Positions 13,301-25,300 of a DNA stretch of 64,000 nt are shown here, piece after piece. The stretch comes from Podarcis tiliguerta. Lineage: Eukaryota. The notes under the pieces were generated by a model. The model was not told where the DNA came from. It saw nothing but the letters and a program-made list of their open reading frames with translations, and searched no databases. How positions within the stretch are numbered: the first letter of the stretch is position 1; each line of letters begins with the position of its first letter. The stretch lies in the NCBI GenBank assembly GCA_965153285.1, contig OZ229118.1; one strand, given 5' to 3'. The position numbers were made by a program, and so were the translations under genes.

Positions 13301-16300
13301 AGAATTATATAACATTTATTTATCAAATTTATATCCCACACTTCTTTCCAGAGGAGAGCAGGGAAGCAAGCAATAATTTATAAAACAATAACAAAGCATC
13401 TTATAAACAGTTCCAGTACATATGTAGACTGGGAAGGATCTCAGCTTAAAAAGCTTTTTTGAAAGAGGAAGGCACTGTAAAGACAACAGAGATGGTGCTC
13501 ATCTAATATTCTGCGAGAGACTATTTCAAAGCATTGGTGTCACAACACTAAAGGCCAAATTCTTTATTTTGTGTGGATTGGACCTCCTGAGTTAGGGGGG
13601 AAATAATAGAGGGATTGATGTAAAACCTCCTCAGATGATTATGTAACCACTTCAGTGGTAAGTTATTAGAACCTCCCAATAAGAATTGTTATAATAAAAA
13701 AAAGTATATTTGGGGTTCCCTCCTACCCCCCAGCCAAAACTGTAGCTGTTATCATAGAGACATATGACATCAAACAGCTGATAACTCTCATCCCTTACTG
13801 GATTTAATTAAAAGTGGTGGTATTCTTAGATCATTTTTTGCCCTTGTTACCCCAATGTATGCTGATCACATGTTAATTTTTAGCAATGTCATTTGCTGTA
13901 TCTTTTTTAACATCTTGGACAGAGAAGGTTGGAGTGTGCCATCTAGTGGATCTGAGGGGAAACTAAAAGGTGGCTGAAACTAAAATGCTCAATCAGATAT
14001 AAATGAGTTAACATGCATGTGGATTCTTCACTTTATTTGCTTTTTTCATAAACTTGTTTAAATACTAAACAGGTGACACTTACACAGTAATGACCTTTGC
14101 ATTCAGGATAGACAGTCTCTGGCTGACCCAGATAAGGAACACCTTTTCACTATTCTGGGACAACTCTTTTTTATGTTACCAAACCATTTGTAATCACCAA
14201 GTAATTTGTACTGACTTGATGGTGTTTTCTAGCTATCTCTCTCACCCACCTGATTTTTTAATATATGGATAAATTAGAAAAAAGGACATTCCAGATCTCA
14301 CCCAATTTCTATCTCTAGCACCCCCCCCAACTTACTAAATTAAATGGAAGCACGTTATAATAGTATTCTAATCTGGTGAGGATGCACTGATTTTCAGAAT
14401 ACTGAATTTTGAATGACAGAGGCTGCTGTATAACTGTTAGGCCATAGTTTGTCTCATTTTTCTCTGGTACTCACTTTGCTGGTGGAGAAATACGGAGTCT
14501 CCATTCTCCCGAAATTCAGCCTACAAAATACACTTGCAGTCTAGTTTATTGTAATTACTTTATAGTTACTCCACCCTGCTCACCCACCCAGGTCTCAGTG
14601 ATACAAACCAGATCAGCCTCCTCATCCATAATCAGATCAGGGCTGAGAGTGGTCTTACTTAAGAGTCAGCCTGGCATTCAGCAACAGCAGCTGGAAACCT
14701 GAGGGCTGGCAGATAGGACAAAGTTTGATTTTCTTTTGGAACTTGCATGTGTTACGTGACTTTTGAAGCGTGAACTCCTACTAGAGATATGGTGTGTGTG
14801 AACAGATCTGGACCATCAACTTCTGCTTCTGTGCGCTCTTCATCTCAGCATGCCCACACAGACTGTGGAGGAAAAGGTGGAACCTAGTATGCTGTCTATA
14901 CTGGAATATTTGTTCATCTATCTCAGTATTATCCAATCTGATGGATGGTCCCTCTCTGGGGTCTTAGGTAGACATCTTATCACCTACTAGCTGTCCCCTC
15001 TTAACTAGATATACCAGAGATTGAACTTGGAACTTTCTGTGAGCTTTACCAGGGAGCTTTGCCAAGCAGAAGGTACTGCAACGAACAGTCTGAAAGTAGC
15101 CAGCTTCCAGTTGTACTAATACAGCACATATATGATGCCTTTTCTGGGGCGACCACATCTTCGTAGCTATGTAGCGAGATATTCCCTTGGCTAAAGCCAT
15201 TTCTATTTCGAGGCAGATGTCATTTTATCTAAGCAACTTCCTCATGACTAAGAGATAGAGTCCATATATTAAAAAAATTAAATACCACTTTTGTAAAAAC
15301 AAGTTACTCAGTACTATTTTTAGCAATAAGATAAAATGCAGCAAGTGGGGGGGGGGGAATCCATGCAGCTCAAGGTCTTGAAAGTTAGTGTAAAAAGCTA
15401 AAGTACTGAAAGTTGAAGCATGGACTTAAGACTACCACAAGCTGAAAGAAAAGGTGACAGACCCAACATAATATAAAAGATTTCAACTTGGTGCAGATCT
15501 ACAGGGTGCCCTAAGCTGCACCTCCCAGGAATATAGCACTAGATTGGGTCATCCTTGGAATATATTAAAACATGATCCTCTTTTGACAGAAGGCATGCCA
15601 TTTGGTCCACATTATATGCTGCCTAATTTCCCCCCCGCCATCTCGCAACGAAAAGGTAGGCTAGAGTATTCAGCATTTGCTGCAGCTTCCAGGCAGTAAT
15701 CAAAGCTAGCCCTTTTATTACAATAATAAATCCTCAGGGCTGCCGGAGAATGAATAATATGGCAAGGTCTCCATGTAAGGGGATAGCTGGCACACCTTGG
15801 GGGATGTATCCTCCCATAGGTCCCTCTCTTCCATTGCAAACAGAGGGGGAAAGGTCTCCTCTGTTTTCAGTTCTCCACTCATGTAAAACTGTTTTGAGCA
15901 AGTATCAGTGCTATTTCCCAACAGTGCACCATCTCTATGAAACATCCTCCCAAAGGACATTCCTGATGTCATTCTGCCAGCAAGTAAAAACTCGCTCGCT
16001 TTTAAAACCATTTTTATCAGTGAGTGAGCAGAAGCTCTGTTGCTGCTGAGGTTTTTATATGGGAATGGTAGTGTTTTGCTGCAGCCTTGGTCGCATAGCG
16101 TATAGTGACTTTTATTAGCTTTTAAAGCTTGGACACTGCCTCAGGTGTGTCTGGCATAGTGTACAGTGGTACCTCGGGTTACATACGCTTCAGGTTACAG
16201 ACTCCGCTAACCCAGAAATAGTGCTTCAGGTTAAGAACTTTGCTTCAGGATCAGAACAGAAATTGTTCTCCGGCGGCGCGGCAGCAGCAGGAGGCCCCAT

Positions 16301-19300
16301 TACCTAAAGTGGTGCTTCAGGTTAAGAACAGTTTCAAGTTAAGTACGGACCTCCAGAACAAATTAAGTACTTAATCCGAGGTACCACTGTAGTTTGTAAA
16401 TACTGTAAGTAAATAAATGAATAGCTCAACAAATGAAAACCATTTGTATACACACTGTCATCACCTTAAGTCTTCAGTAGCAAAGCTGGATCCATGGTAT
16501 TCCCAGGCTGTGTACATGATCCTTCAGGTTAATTATGATCCTCTGCAGAGCAGGAGGCCCCTCCTCATCCAGAATGTCTAAACAAGCCTTCGCCAGCTCG
16601 TGCTATCCAGATGTTTTGAACTATAGCTCCTATCAGCTACATGCAGCACAGCTAATGGTCAGGTATGATAGATATTGCAGTCCAGAAAACCTAGAGGGTA
16701 CCAGACTAGCAGAAGCTGGTGTAAACCATGATTGATCAGACCTTGTAAATTAAAGTCAGCGCACTTCAGTTGTAGCCTATGTGTTGAATCCAAAGGTGCT
16801 GTTCTGTGAGCTGAAAGCTTCTACTACATGTGTAAAGGATTCTCTTGACCCAGACTGTAGTTTGTAGAATATCCTTCCTAATGAGATGTGTTTGTCTCTG
16901 TCAATACTAACTTTCAGGAGGAATTTGGCAGCCCTGTTCAGGGAAGTTTTTAATATGTGACATTTTAGTGTATTTTTCATCTTTGTTGGAAGCCGCCCAG
17001 AGTGGCTGGGGAAACCCAGCCAGATGGGCGGGGGGGTACTACTACTACTACTACTACTACTACTAATAATAATAATAATAATAATATTTGAAAACATTTC
17101 TTTTTGCCCAGGCATTTTGTGACTGAAGAATATGAAACAGGTCAATAAAAGATTAATCTCTCACAGTAAAAAACCCACTGTCCCCTCCCCCATCTTCCTT
17201 ATGAATGTAGTTTCATGGGCTTGACCCTGCAAGAATGAAGATTTATGCATATTGTGCAAGCCTTCATAGTCCTGTCCAGGCACATGTCATAGTCCTTCCT
17301 TCTCATGCTGACTGTGTGCCACACTTTGGCCACCCCCTGTCTTAAAGTGTTGAGAACAGGGCGAATTCAGCCCATTTCCTAAATCTTCCTCCTCTCCCAT
17401 GACAGCTGCTGCAGCATTTTCTGTTTCTGCTATTCCTATTGTTCTTTTCTATTAGTCCTTTGCTGTGTCAGCAGTGGTGACAAGAGCCTGGCCCGTGTTT
17501 GCATTCAATATTGCTTTTGGCTCTCCCTCCTCCCCCCGAAATTCCCCAGTGCAAGCATTTCCATTTCAAAAGTTTTTGTAATAGATGGCCACTGTTGCAA
17601 GTTCACGGGAAAAGTACAGTTGTACTTTAAAAAGGTTTATAGACAACCAACATTTATGTATACAACACAACTTCCTCCAAACTGTTAGAAAGTTTCTCTT
17701 GCAGAATGTCTTACCTTTTCGTTATAGCCTGGTGCCCTCCAGATGTTTAGCACTACAGTGGTACCTCGGGTTAAGTACTTAATTCGTTCTGGAGGTCCAT
17801 TCTTAACCTGAAACTGTTCTTAACCTGAAGCACCACTTTAGCTAATGGGGCCTCCCGCTGCCGCCGCACAATTTCTGTTCTCATCCTGAAGCAAAGTTCT
17901 TAACCCGAGGTACTATTTCTGGGTTTGCGGAGTCTGTAACCTGAAGCGTATGTAACCTGAAGCGTATGTAACCCAAGGTACCACTGTACATGCTACCTGA
18001 CCATTGGCAACGCTAACTGAGGCTGATGAGTGTTGCAGTGCATATCTCTGGAAGGCACCAGGTTAAGAAGGCTGCCTGTATTCTGTGGTGTGTTCTTCCC
18101 TATGTACAAATAGGGTCTTGTGCAGTTTCCTGCTTAAAGATGTCCACATAGGGACTTGCTCATCTTGTAGCTGTTGACTTCTGTCCCAACAAAAGTTTCA
18201 TCTTGCACTCCTCTTTGAAGTTCTGGTGATTTTATTGTTCATCTTCTTCCTTTTTTAAGGACCTTGAGTATTGCTATTATTGCTTATTCATGTTGGAGGC
18301 AGCTTCTAACGAGGCATGGAAAGTGTAGAAAACCCTTTTGTGAGTACAGAGCATGTTGAATTTGTGGGTTATCAGGACCTCACCTGAAGTTGCGTTTACA
18401 GAGTTAAATGCTCTGAGGCCTCTGTAACTCCTGCTTTCCCTCTCACCTGGCTAAGTGAAATAACATCTGTTGTGTATATGAGAGCATTTCAATAAGGTTT
18501 GAAACACACACACACATCTCATAGGCAACTGCTGGTAACCAAAGCCCGGGCCTGCTCAGCTCTTCATTCCTGCTTTTAAAAACGTGTATACACTGCTGTT
18601 GGAATCAAGGTTAGGCTGTAAGCTTATTTGCTCAGGAACCAGGTCCTCAAGCCAATTTGGAGAGTGCTGAGTGTACATCCCTCTCTCATAAATAATGTAT
18701 TGCTGAGGACTGTCAATCTAGTATATGCAGGGTACAGAATACATTATATGGTCTTTTCCTGTCGTTTCCTCTCTGAAATGGCTTAAGTTGAGAAGCCTAT
18801 AACGGTGGCTCTAGAGGATGAATGTAACTCGGAGGAAGACTGAGGTGATTAGGTTTTTTATGGTTGGATGTGCTTTTATTTGTTTCTATTTTGAACTTAT
18901 ATTAAGGGGGGGTGGGGAATGCACCTATAATAAAAACTGCTCATGTTGCATCTGTGGTAGCTTGTGGTTAATCATATGACTGTGAACGCCTAAATATGCT
19001 GCAGAAGTAATAGCACAAACTTTTGAAGCAAATGTAGTCCACAGGTTAGTCGTTAGATGCTATTTGGTATGTAAATATGAATGGAAACATAGTGTTAACA
19101 AGTTTTCTTTAGTTGAGGTCTTTGATGTTAATACGTATGTTTTTGATTACAATCTTTAAACTGCTTAACAAAACAGCTAATGCGTTGCATGAAAAGACAG
19201 AGAGAGAGAGAGAGAGCGCCTTTTATGCAAAACCATCTACTGGAGTACTTTCCAAATCCTCTTAGCTCTTAAATGACAGCTTGGAGTCTCTCCTTTACCT

Positions 19301-22300
19301 GATTCTTTCTTAACGAGGAAACCCCCCCCCCCTCATTTATCCAATGAAGAATACTAAACAAAAGATGGTTAATGCTCCTTTTCATACAGGCAGAGCAGTA
19401 TGTATTTGTATCTGTGCTTTTAAGCTTATTAAGCTTGCACGTAACTACCGTATTTTTGAAAATGCTGACTTTGCACCCTTTGGTGCACAACACAAAGGCT
19501 GGATCTAAAATATCAGACGCCTACTGACGAATGATCTTCTAGGGACTGCATTAGCAAAGTAACTTGTTTCACTAGTAGAAACCGGAACATTCACCACAAG
19601 AAGCTGAGGTGTAATTGAAAGTTTATAGCTGGTACATAAATTCCATTTTTGGGGGGCATTTACAACAAATCTATTTTTTCTTCTGGGACCAGGCACTATT
19701 GGTGTCTACAATAAACCTCAGCTAGCTAGATTTCGAAATCTGCCGATGTCTCTTAGTGCAGCAACCAAGTGGCAACATGCGCAATCCATGGAGGGTGTGC
19801 TTGCTGCAAACAAAGTGAGCTTTCGTAAGCTACCTTGTGCTCCTTGACTTCCGTAGCAGACAAAAGAAATAGGTGTGCTGTGTGACTGACTGAACTGGAA
19901 GAAACATGTTCACAAGAATTTGTTCCAACTGATTGGAAAAGTGTGATTTTTCTTCATAACACAGTATGGGCAAAGCTAGAGTCAGGAAAAGTAGAGAGCA
20001 CATATAATGCAGCAGGAGGATTTTTATAAAACCCTGCATCTCTTGCAAGCACCTTCTCTGAATGTCAAATAGCAGACCTTTTGGTGTTTAGCAAACAGCA
20101 TCTTCAAGAGGAAGTCAAGTACTGGAAGAGAATGTTCCAAATAACTCTGCAATGGTTCTGTTGTTTGCATCCATCTTTCCTAGCTTAGCACTGCCACTAT
20201 CATTAGCTAATCAAAATACTCAAACTAGCACACCGATGTTTGTTTTTATGTATGCTGGCTTAGACCCACAGAAAACAAACAAACTGTGCTTATTAGGTCG
20301 TTGTGGAGGTCACACAGACTGTATAATCAGAGCGGCAAAGTTGATGTGGTCTGTAATCATTTGTGTACTCATTTCCAGGTGACTGTGGAGGAAGTAATGA
20401 CTACAACTGCCTATTTGGATCTCTTCTTGCGGAGTGTTTCAGAACCAGCTTTACTACAGATCTTCCTCCGATTCATCTTGCTGCACCGCCATGAGAATGT
20501 GCACATCCTGGACACCCTCACAAGCCGCATAAACACTCCATTTCGGGTGAGATGAGAATAACAGGAACATGTCCGTCTTTGTGGGATTGTTTTAGACAAC
20601 TGCAAGCTTATTTTGCTTATGCCTTTGTGAATTTAGCTACTTTAATATTCTTTAAAAAGTGCTTAAAATTTCTTTTAAAAAACTTCATACCTACAAACAA
20701 CACTGGCCCTGTTTTCAAGCTTACAATTTAATAGACTCAATATAAAAAGAAAAATGGAGGGAAGAAGAAGAAAATAAGGAAAATTCCAGTTTCATCTCTT
20801 ACATAATATTGCAATGACAACTACCATTTTATTTCACCAAGTGGCCCATATGATTATTATTTTTCAGGGGCATTCTGGGAATTTGTCCCAGAATTTCTCC
20901 TCACCTCAGAATGACACAACATCCAAGGCATCCACGAAATAAAATGAAATGAGCTGCAAGGAGGTGGGAGCGGGGGATAACCTGGGATGTTTGGGGGAGG
21001 AAGTGATGTACCAAAGCTCACCCAGTGAATCTACAACAGACTGGGTTCAGTTAAATTCCCAGTATAAGAATCATTCTCTCCTTAGCAGTTTCTGCACATC
21101 TAGAAAACTTTTTCCCATCTGAAGTTTGAGCTGCATAAATTCTGCTTTTGGGTGGCGTATTCATTGTTACCCAGTTACTCTATCACAGGCTGTGAACCCC
21201 ATACATTAAAGCGCATGACTGCCCCCCCAAAAGAATACTGGGAACTGTATTTTACTCCTCACAGATCTACAATTCCCAGGACACAACAAATTACAGTTCT
21301 CATGATTCTTTTTTTTTGTGGGTGGAATGTGCTTGAAATACATGGTGTGTATGGTTCAAAAGCACGCCCAAAAGTGCAAGCAGATAAATAGGTACCACTC
21401 CAGTGGGAAGGTAAATGGTGTTTCCGTGCACTGCTCTGGTTTTGGTGTTCCATTGTGCCAGAAGCAGCTTAGTCATGCTGGCTACATGACCCGGAAAAAC
21501 TGCAGACAAACGCCATCTCCCTCTGCTTGTAAAGCGAGATGAGTACCGCAACCCCAGAGTTGTCTGCGACTGGACTTAGCTGTCAGGGGTCCTTTACCTT
21601 TTAGGGGATGCGGGTGGCGCTGTGGTCTAAACCACTGAGCCTAGGGCTTGCCAATCAGAAGGTTGGCGGTTTGAATCCCCGCGACGGGGTGAGCTCCCAT
21701 TGTTCAGTTCCAGCTTCTGCCCACCTAGCAGTTCAAAAGCCCGTCAAAGTGCAAGTAGATAAATAGGTAGCGCTCCGGCGGGAAGGTTAACAGCGTTTCC
21801 GTGCACTGCTCTAGTTTGCCAGAAGTCATGCTGGCCACATGACCCGGAAGCTGTCTGCGGACAAACGCCGGCTCCCTCGGCCTATAGAGCAAGATGAGCG
21901 CACAACCCCAGAGTCATCTGCGACTGGACCTAACGGTCAGGGGTCCCTTTATCTTTATGCAGTCATAGCCGGAAGGCGTGGGAGGCAAAAACGTATTTTC
22001 ATTGAAACAAATTTGGAGGTTCTAAAGAATTCTAAAGTATCAGCTATATATAACACTGTTCAGATAAATCATGGAACTGGTATTAGTATTTTAAATTGCT
22101 ATTTTAATGCTGGGTGTGATGTCGTGTCTGCCTCTTTGCAATTTGTTTTTGATACTTAATTTGAGTTTATTTTATTTGTTTCTTTATTTTAAGTTTATTG
22201 CTTGTCTCTTTCGCCTATACCAAGTCCTCAAGCCGACTCCACTGCATTAGAAACAACCATAGCAATACAATAAAATTTAATTGTATAAACAATTAAAACA

Positions 22301-25300
22301 ATAAAACTATTAATGTAAACAACAATAAAAACAATGAGTCAGCAGTAAAATCAGCCCTGCAGCAGCATAAAACCGAATTGGAGTTTTGGAGTGTTTTTCT
22401 TGCCACTTAATTGGAGTTTGTTTTTTGGTTATTCCCCGTGCGTTAAGTAATCAACTGCAGAAGTGTGCATCTCAGAAGCAGGCTTTTATAAAATTTTAAT
22501 GACACCATATTTTTGAGTGTTCGAAATTAACTGTGCAGACTTATGAAGTAGTCACTCGCCCCCTTCCCAAAACGTTACTCGCTTGTCCCCAAGCAAGCTT
22601 TCGTATTTTCATTGTCTCAGTTTAGAGAGGCAGAGTGAAGTGGCCCTCTATGCAGCATCAAAACGCTTGCCTTAGTATTCAGATGTTGCTCAGTATGATG
22701 TCAATATAATGCTATCAGTGCAGCCAGCTTGATCAGTCCTTTGGTTTTTGCAACATAAAAGTATTTCTGTGGTATTGAGTGGACTGCCAAGAGCCGCTTC
22801 TGAAAATAATTGTGGCATGTTAATTAAGCCACAGAAATAGTTAATCTAATAGGAGCTTCCTTTTGCAAGCAGGTTAATCTTGAAGCACCTGCTGCGGTCT
22901 GCATTCAGCAAGCTGCACTTCTGATCCCCTCTTTGGCTGGCACTTACTCAGTATTAAATGATGGAGGATGCACTCCAGCATATGGGTGGAAAGCAGGCAG
23001 AGCCAAATGATCAACGTGTGTATTACGTTTATGTATTAAGGACGACACCTTGCGCCAAATAAACATTTCCACATAGTGGAGGGCATGCACATAGCTGCAC
23101 GTACTCACGGCTGTGACTCTAGCTCCAAACAGATTAACTCTCTGAAAACTCCCAAGCTGCTTCAGTCGCTTACAACTTGCTAATGTGTGTCTCTCCTGTA
23201 CCATAATTATTTGTTCCACAGACAAGAGGGGGTGGGTATTGCGAAGAATCCTCCAGCCACGAGCAACTCAGGAGCGCCGCCAAAATGCATCAGTGATGCT
23301 AAATGAGTTCTCTGCTGTATAACTTAGCCAAGTATAGAAACCAGCCCCACAGCTTTCGGCACGTTACCATAGCACTGTTGTTATTGCAGAAAGGTTTTGC
23401 AATACCTGATAGGATTAAACGTGCAAGAGCTTCTGTCCACTTGGAACACATATAAAACAGCTTTCCTTTCGCCTAATGAACTAATTAAGACCCCCGTTTC
23501 TCTCCATGAATGTTTTTGGTCATTCCCCCCAACATCCTATTCCTTTAAACTATAGGTTCATAATCTTGCCGAGTGCTGTAATCTGTTGAAGCTGTGGAGA
23601 ATACAGTGGTACCTCGGGTTAAGTACTTTATTCGTTCCGGAGGTCCGTTCTTAACCTGAAACTGTTCTTAACCTGAGGTACCACTTTAGCTAATGGGGCC
23701 TCCTGCCGCCGCCACACGATTTCTGTTCTCATCCTGAAGCAAAGTGCTCAACCTGAGGTACTATTTCTGGGTTAGCGGAGTCTGTAACATGAAGCGTGTG
23801 TAACCTGAAGCGTATGTAACCCGAGGTACCACTGTATTCTCCACAGCTTCAACAGATTACAACACTCAGCAAGAACAAAAACTCTATACAATAACAGAAC
23901 CCCATTTATGACGTTCCTTTACAGAATCCAGTTTTAGTGTCCTGTTAATCAATAATCTTCCCACGTGAATTTTCATTTAATGCCGCCTTGCGGTCCAAAC
24001 CAATGAGGTGAACCTTCTTCAAGTGCCTCAGACTGTTCTCTCAAACAAGGGTATGCATGTAATTTTGCTTGGCACTCCAGGCAAAGCAGCAGTCCGCCTT
24101 CACCTCTTTGTGCAGCTGTGTAGGCAGCAGTGAGTCACACAGTACAAGAATAGGAACAGAAGAGATAGTCTTGAGGATATCATGCCTAACTTGACAGGAA
24201 GAGGAAACCCTTTTTGTGCCTATAGTGCTTCAGGGCTGAAGGTCAGGCGTTTCTGTGCTCAGACGATTTTAGAGAACTGCTGCCATTAGAGAGGCTTGAG
24301 ATGCTCTTCCTTGATTTAGGAAGGCCAGATTTTGAGTGGGGAAACATGACCTGAGCTGCAGTTAATGTCATCCATTTGAGTATAGCACCACAGAATGCAA
24401 GCAACTTTATCCCTGCCATAAGCTTTCAGCAGCTGGGGTGCTGACGTTAATCAAGGAATGCATCATGTGCCCTGAATTCTACTAAACATCTAAATAGACT
24501 CCAAGTCCCCAGTATTCAGACTTCCAGATGCAGCTAAACACTACCTTCAGTGAAATACAGTGGCTCTCACAATAGATCTTTCCCAATACAGTGGTACCTC
24601 GGGTTACAAATACTTCAGGTTACAGACTCCGCTAACCTGGAAGTAGTACCTTGGGTTAAGAACTTTGCCCCAGGATGAGAACAGAAATAGCATACCGGCA
24701 GCGAGAGGCCCCATTAGCTAAAGTGGTACCTCAGGTTAAGAATGGTTTCAAGTTAAGAACGAACCTCCGGAACGAGTTAAGTTCATAACCAGAGGTACCA
24801 CTGTATTTAGTCCTTATCCTCTAGTAAACTACAGATAAAATGTATTTGGTAACATGGCATGAGTGTTAATGGTTCTATGCAAGGTGTGCATAAAACCATT
24901 ATCCTTTTCCATTTTTGGGAAGCCATTTTTGATGAAAAAATATATGATGGTACCTGACTGGTACCTGAGTTTTTCTGCATTTGTTGAGGAACAGAACCAT
25001 TTTTCTTAAAAGGCCTCCAGCTCTTTCAGAGGGTTGCAGACATATGACATGATATCATTCCAACAGAATTTGACCCTGTGTATGATGATTGTATAATAAT
25101 TCTGTCTAAGAAAGAGAAAAAAATACTTACATGAGGGTTTGGGGTTAATCACATTTCAGTTCTCTTTAAAAATTCATATTTGACTAATTGGAATTTTCTC
25201 TCCCTTACTGCATTACTGAAAGGATTATAGTATATATCTATGCTTACATCTGGCTTTATTGGGGCATGCTAAATTAATTTGTCAGATGATGACTAAAACA

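Noticed and set aside
16164-24803. Recurrent aacctgaag / cttcaggtt units as a CRISPR-like or tandem array
   Set aside because: They are internal sub-repeats of the MITE family in eukaryotic DNA; there is no repeat-spacer periodicity.
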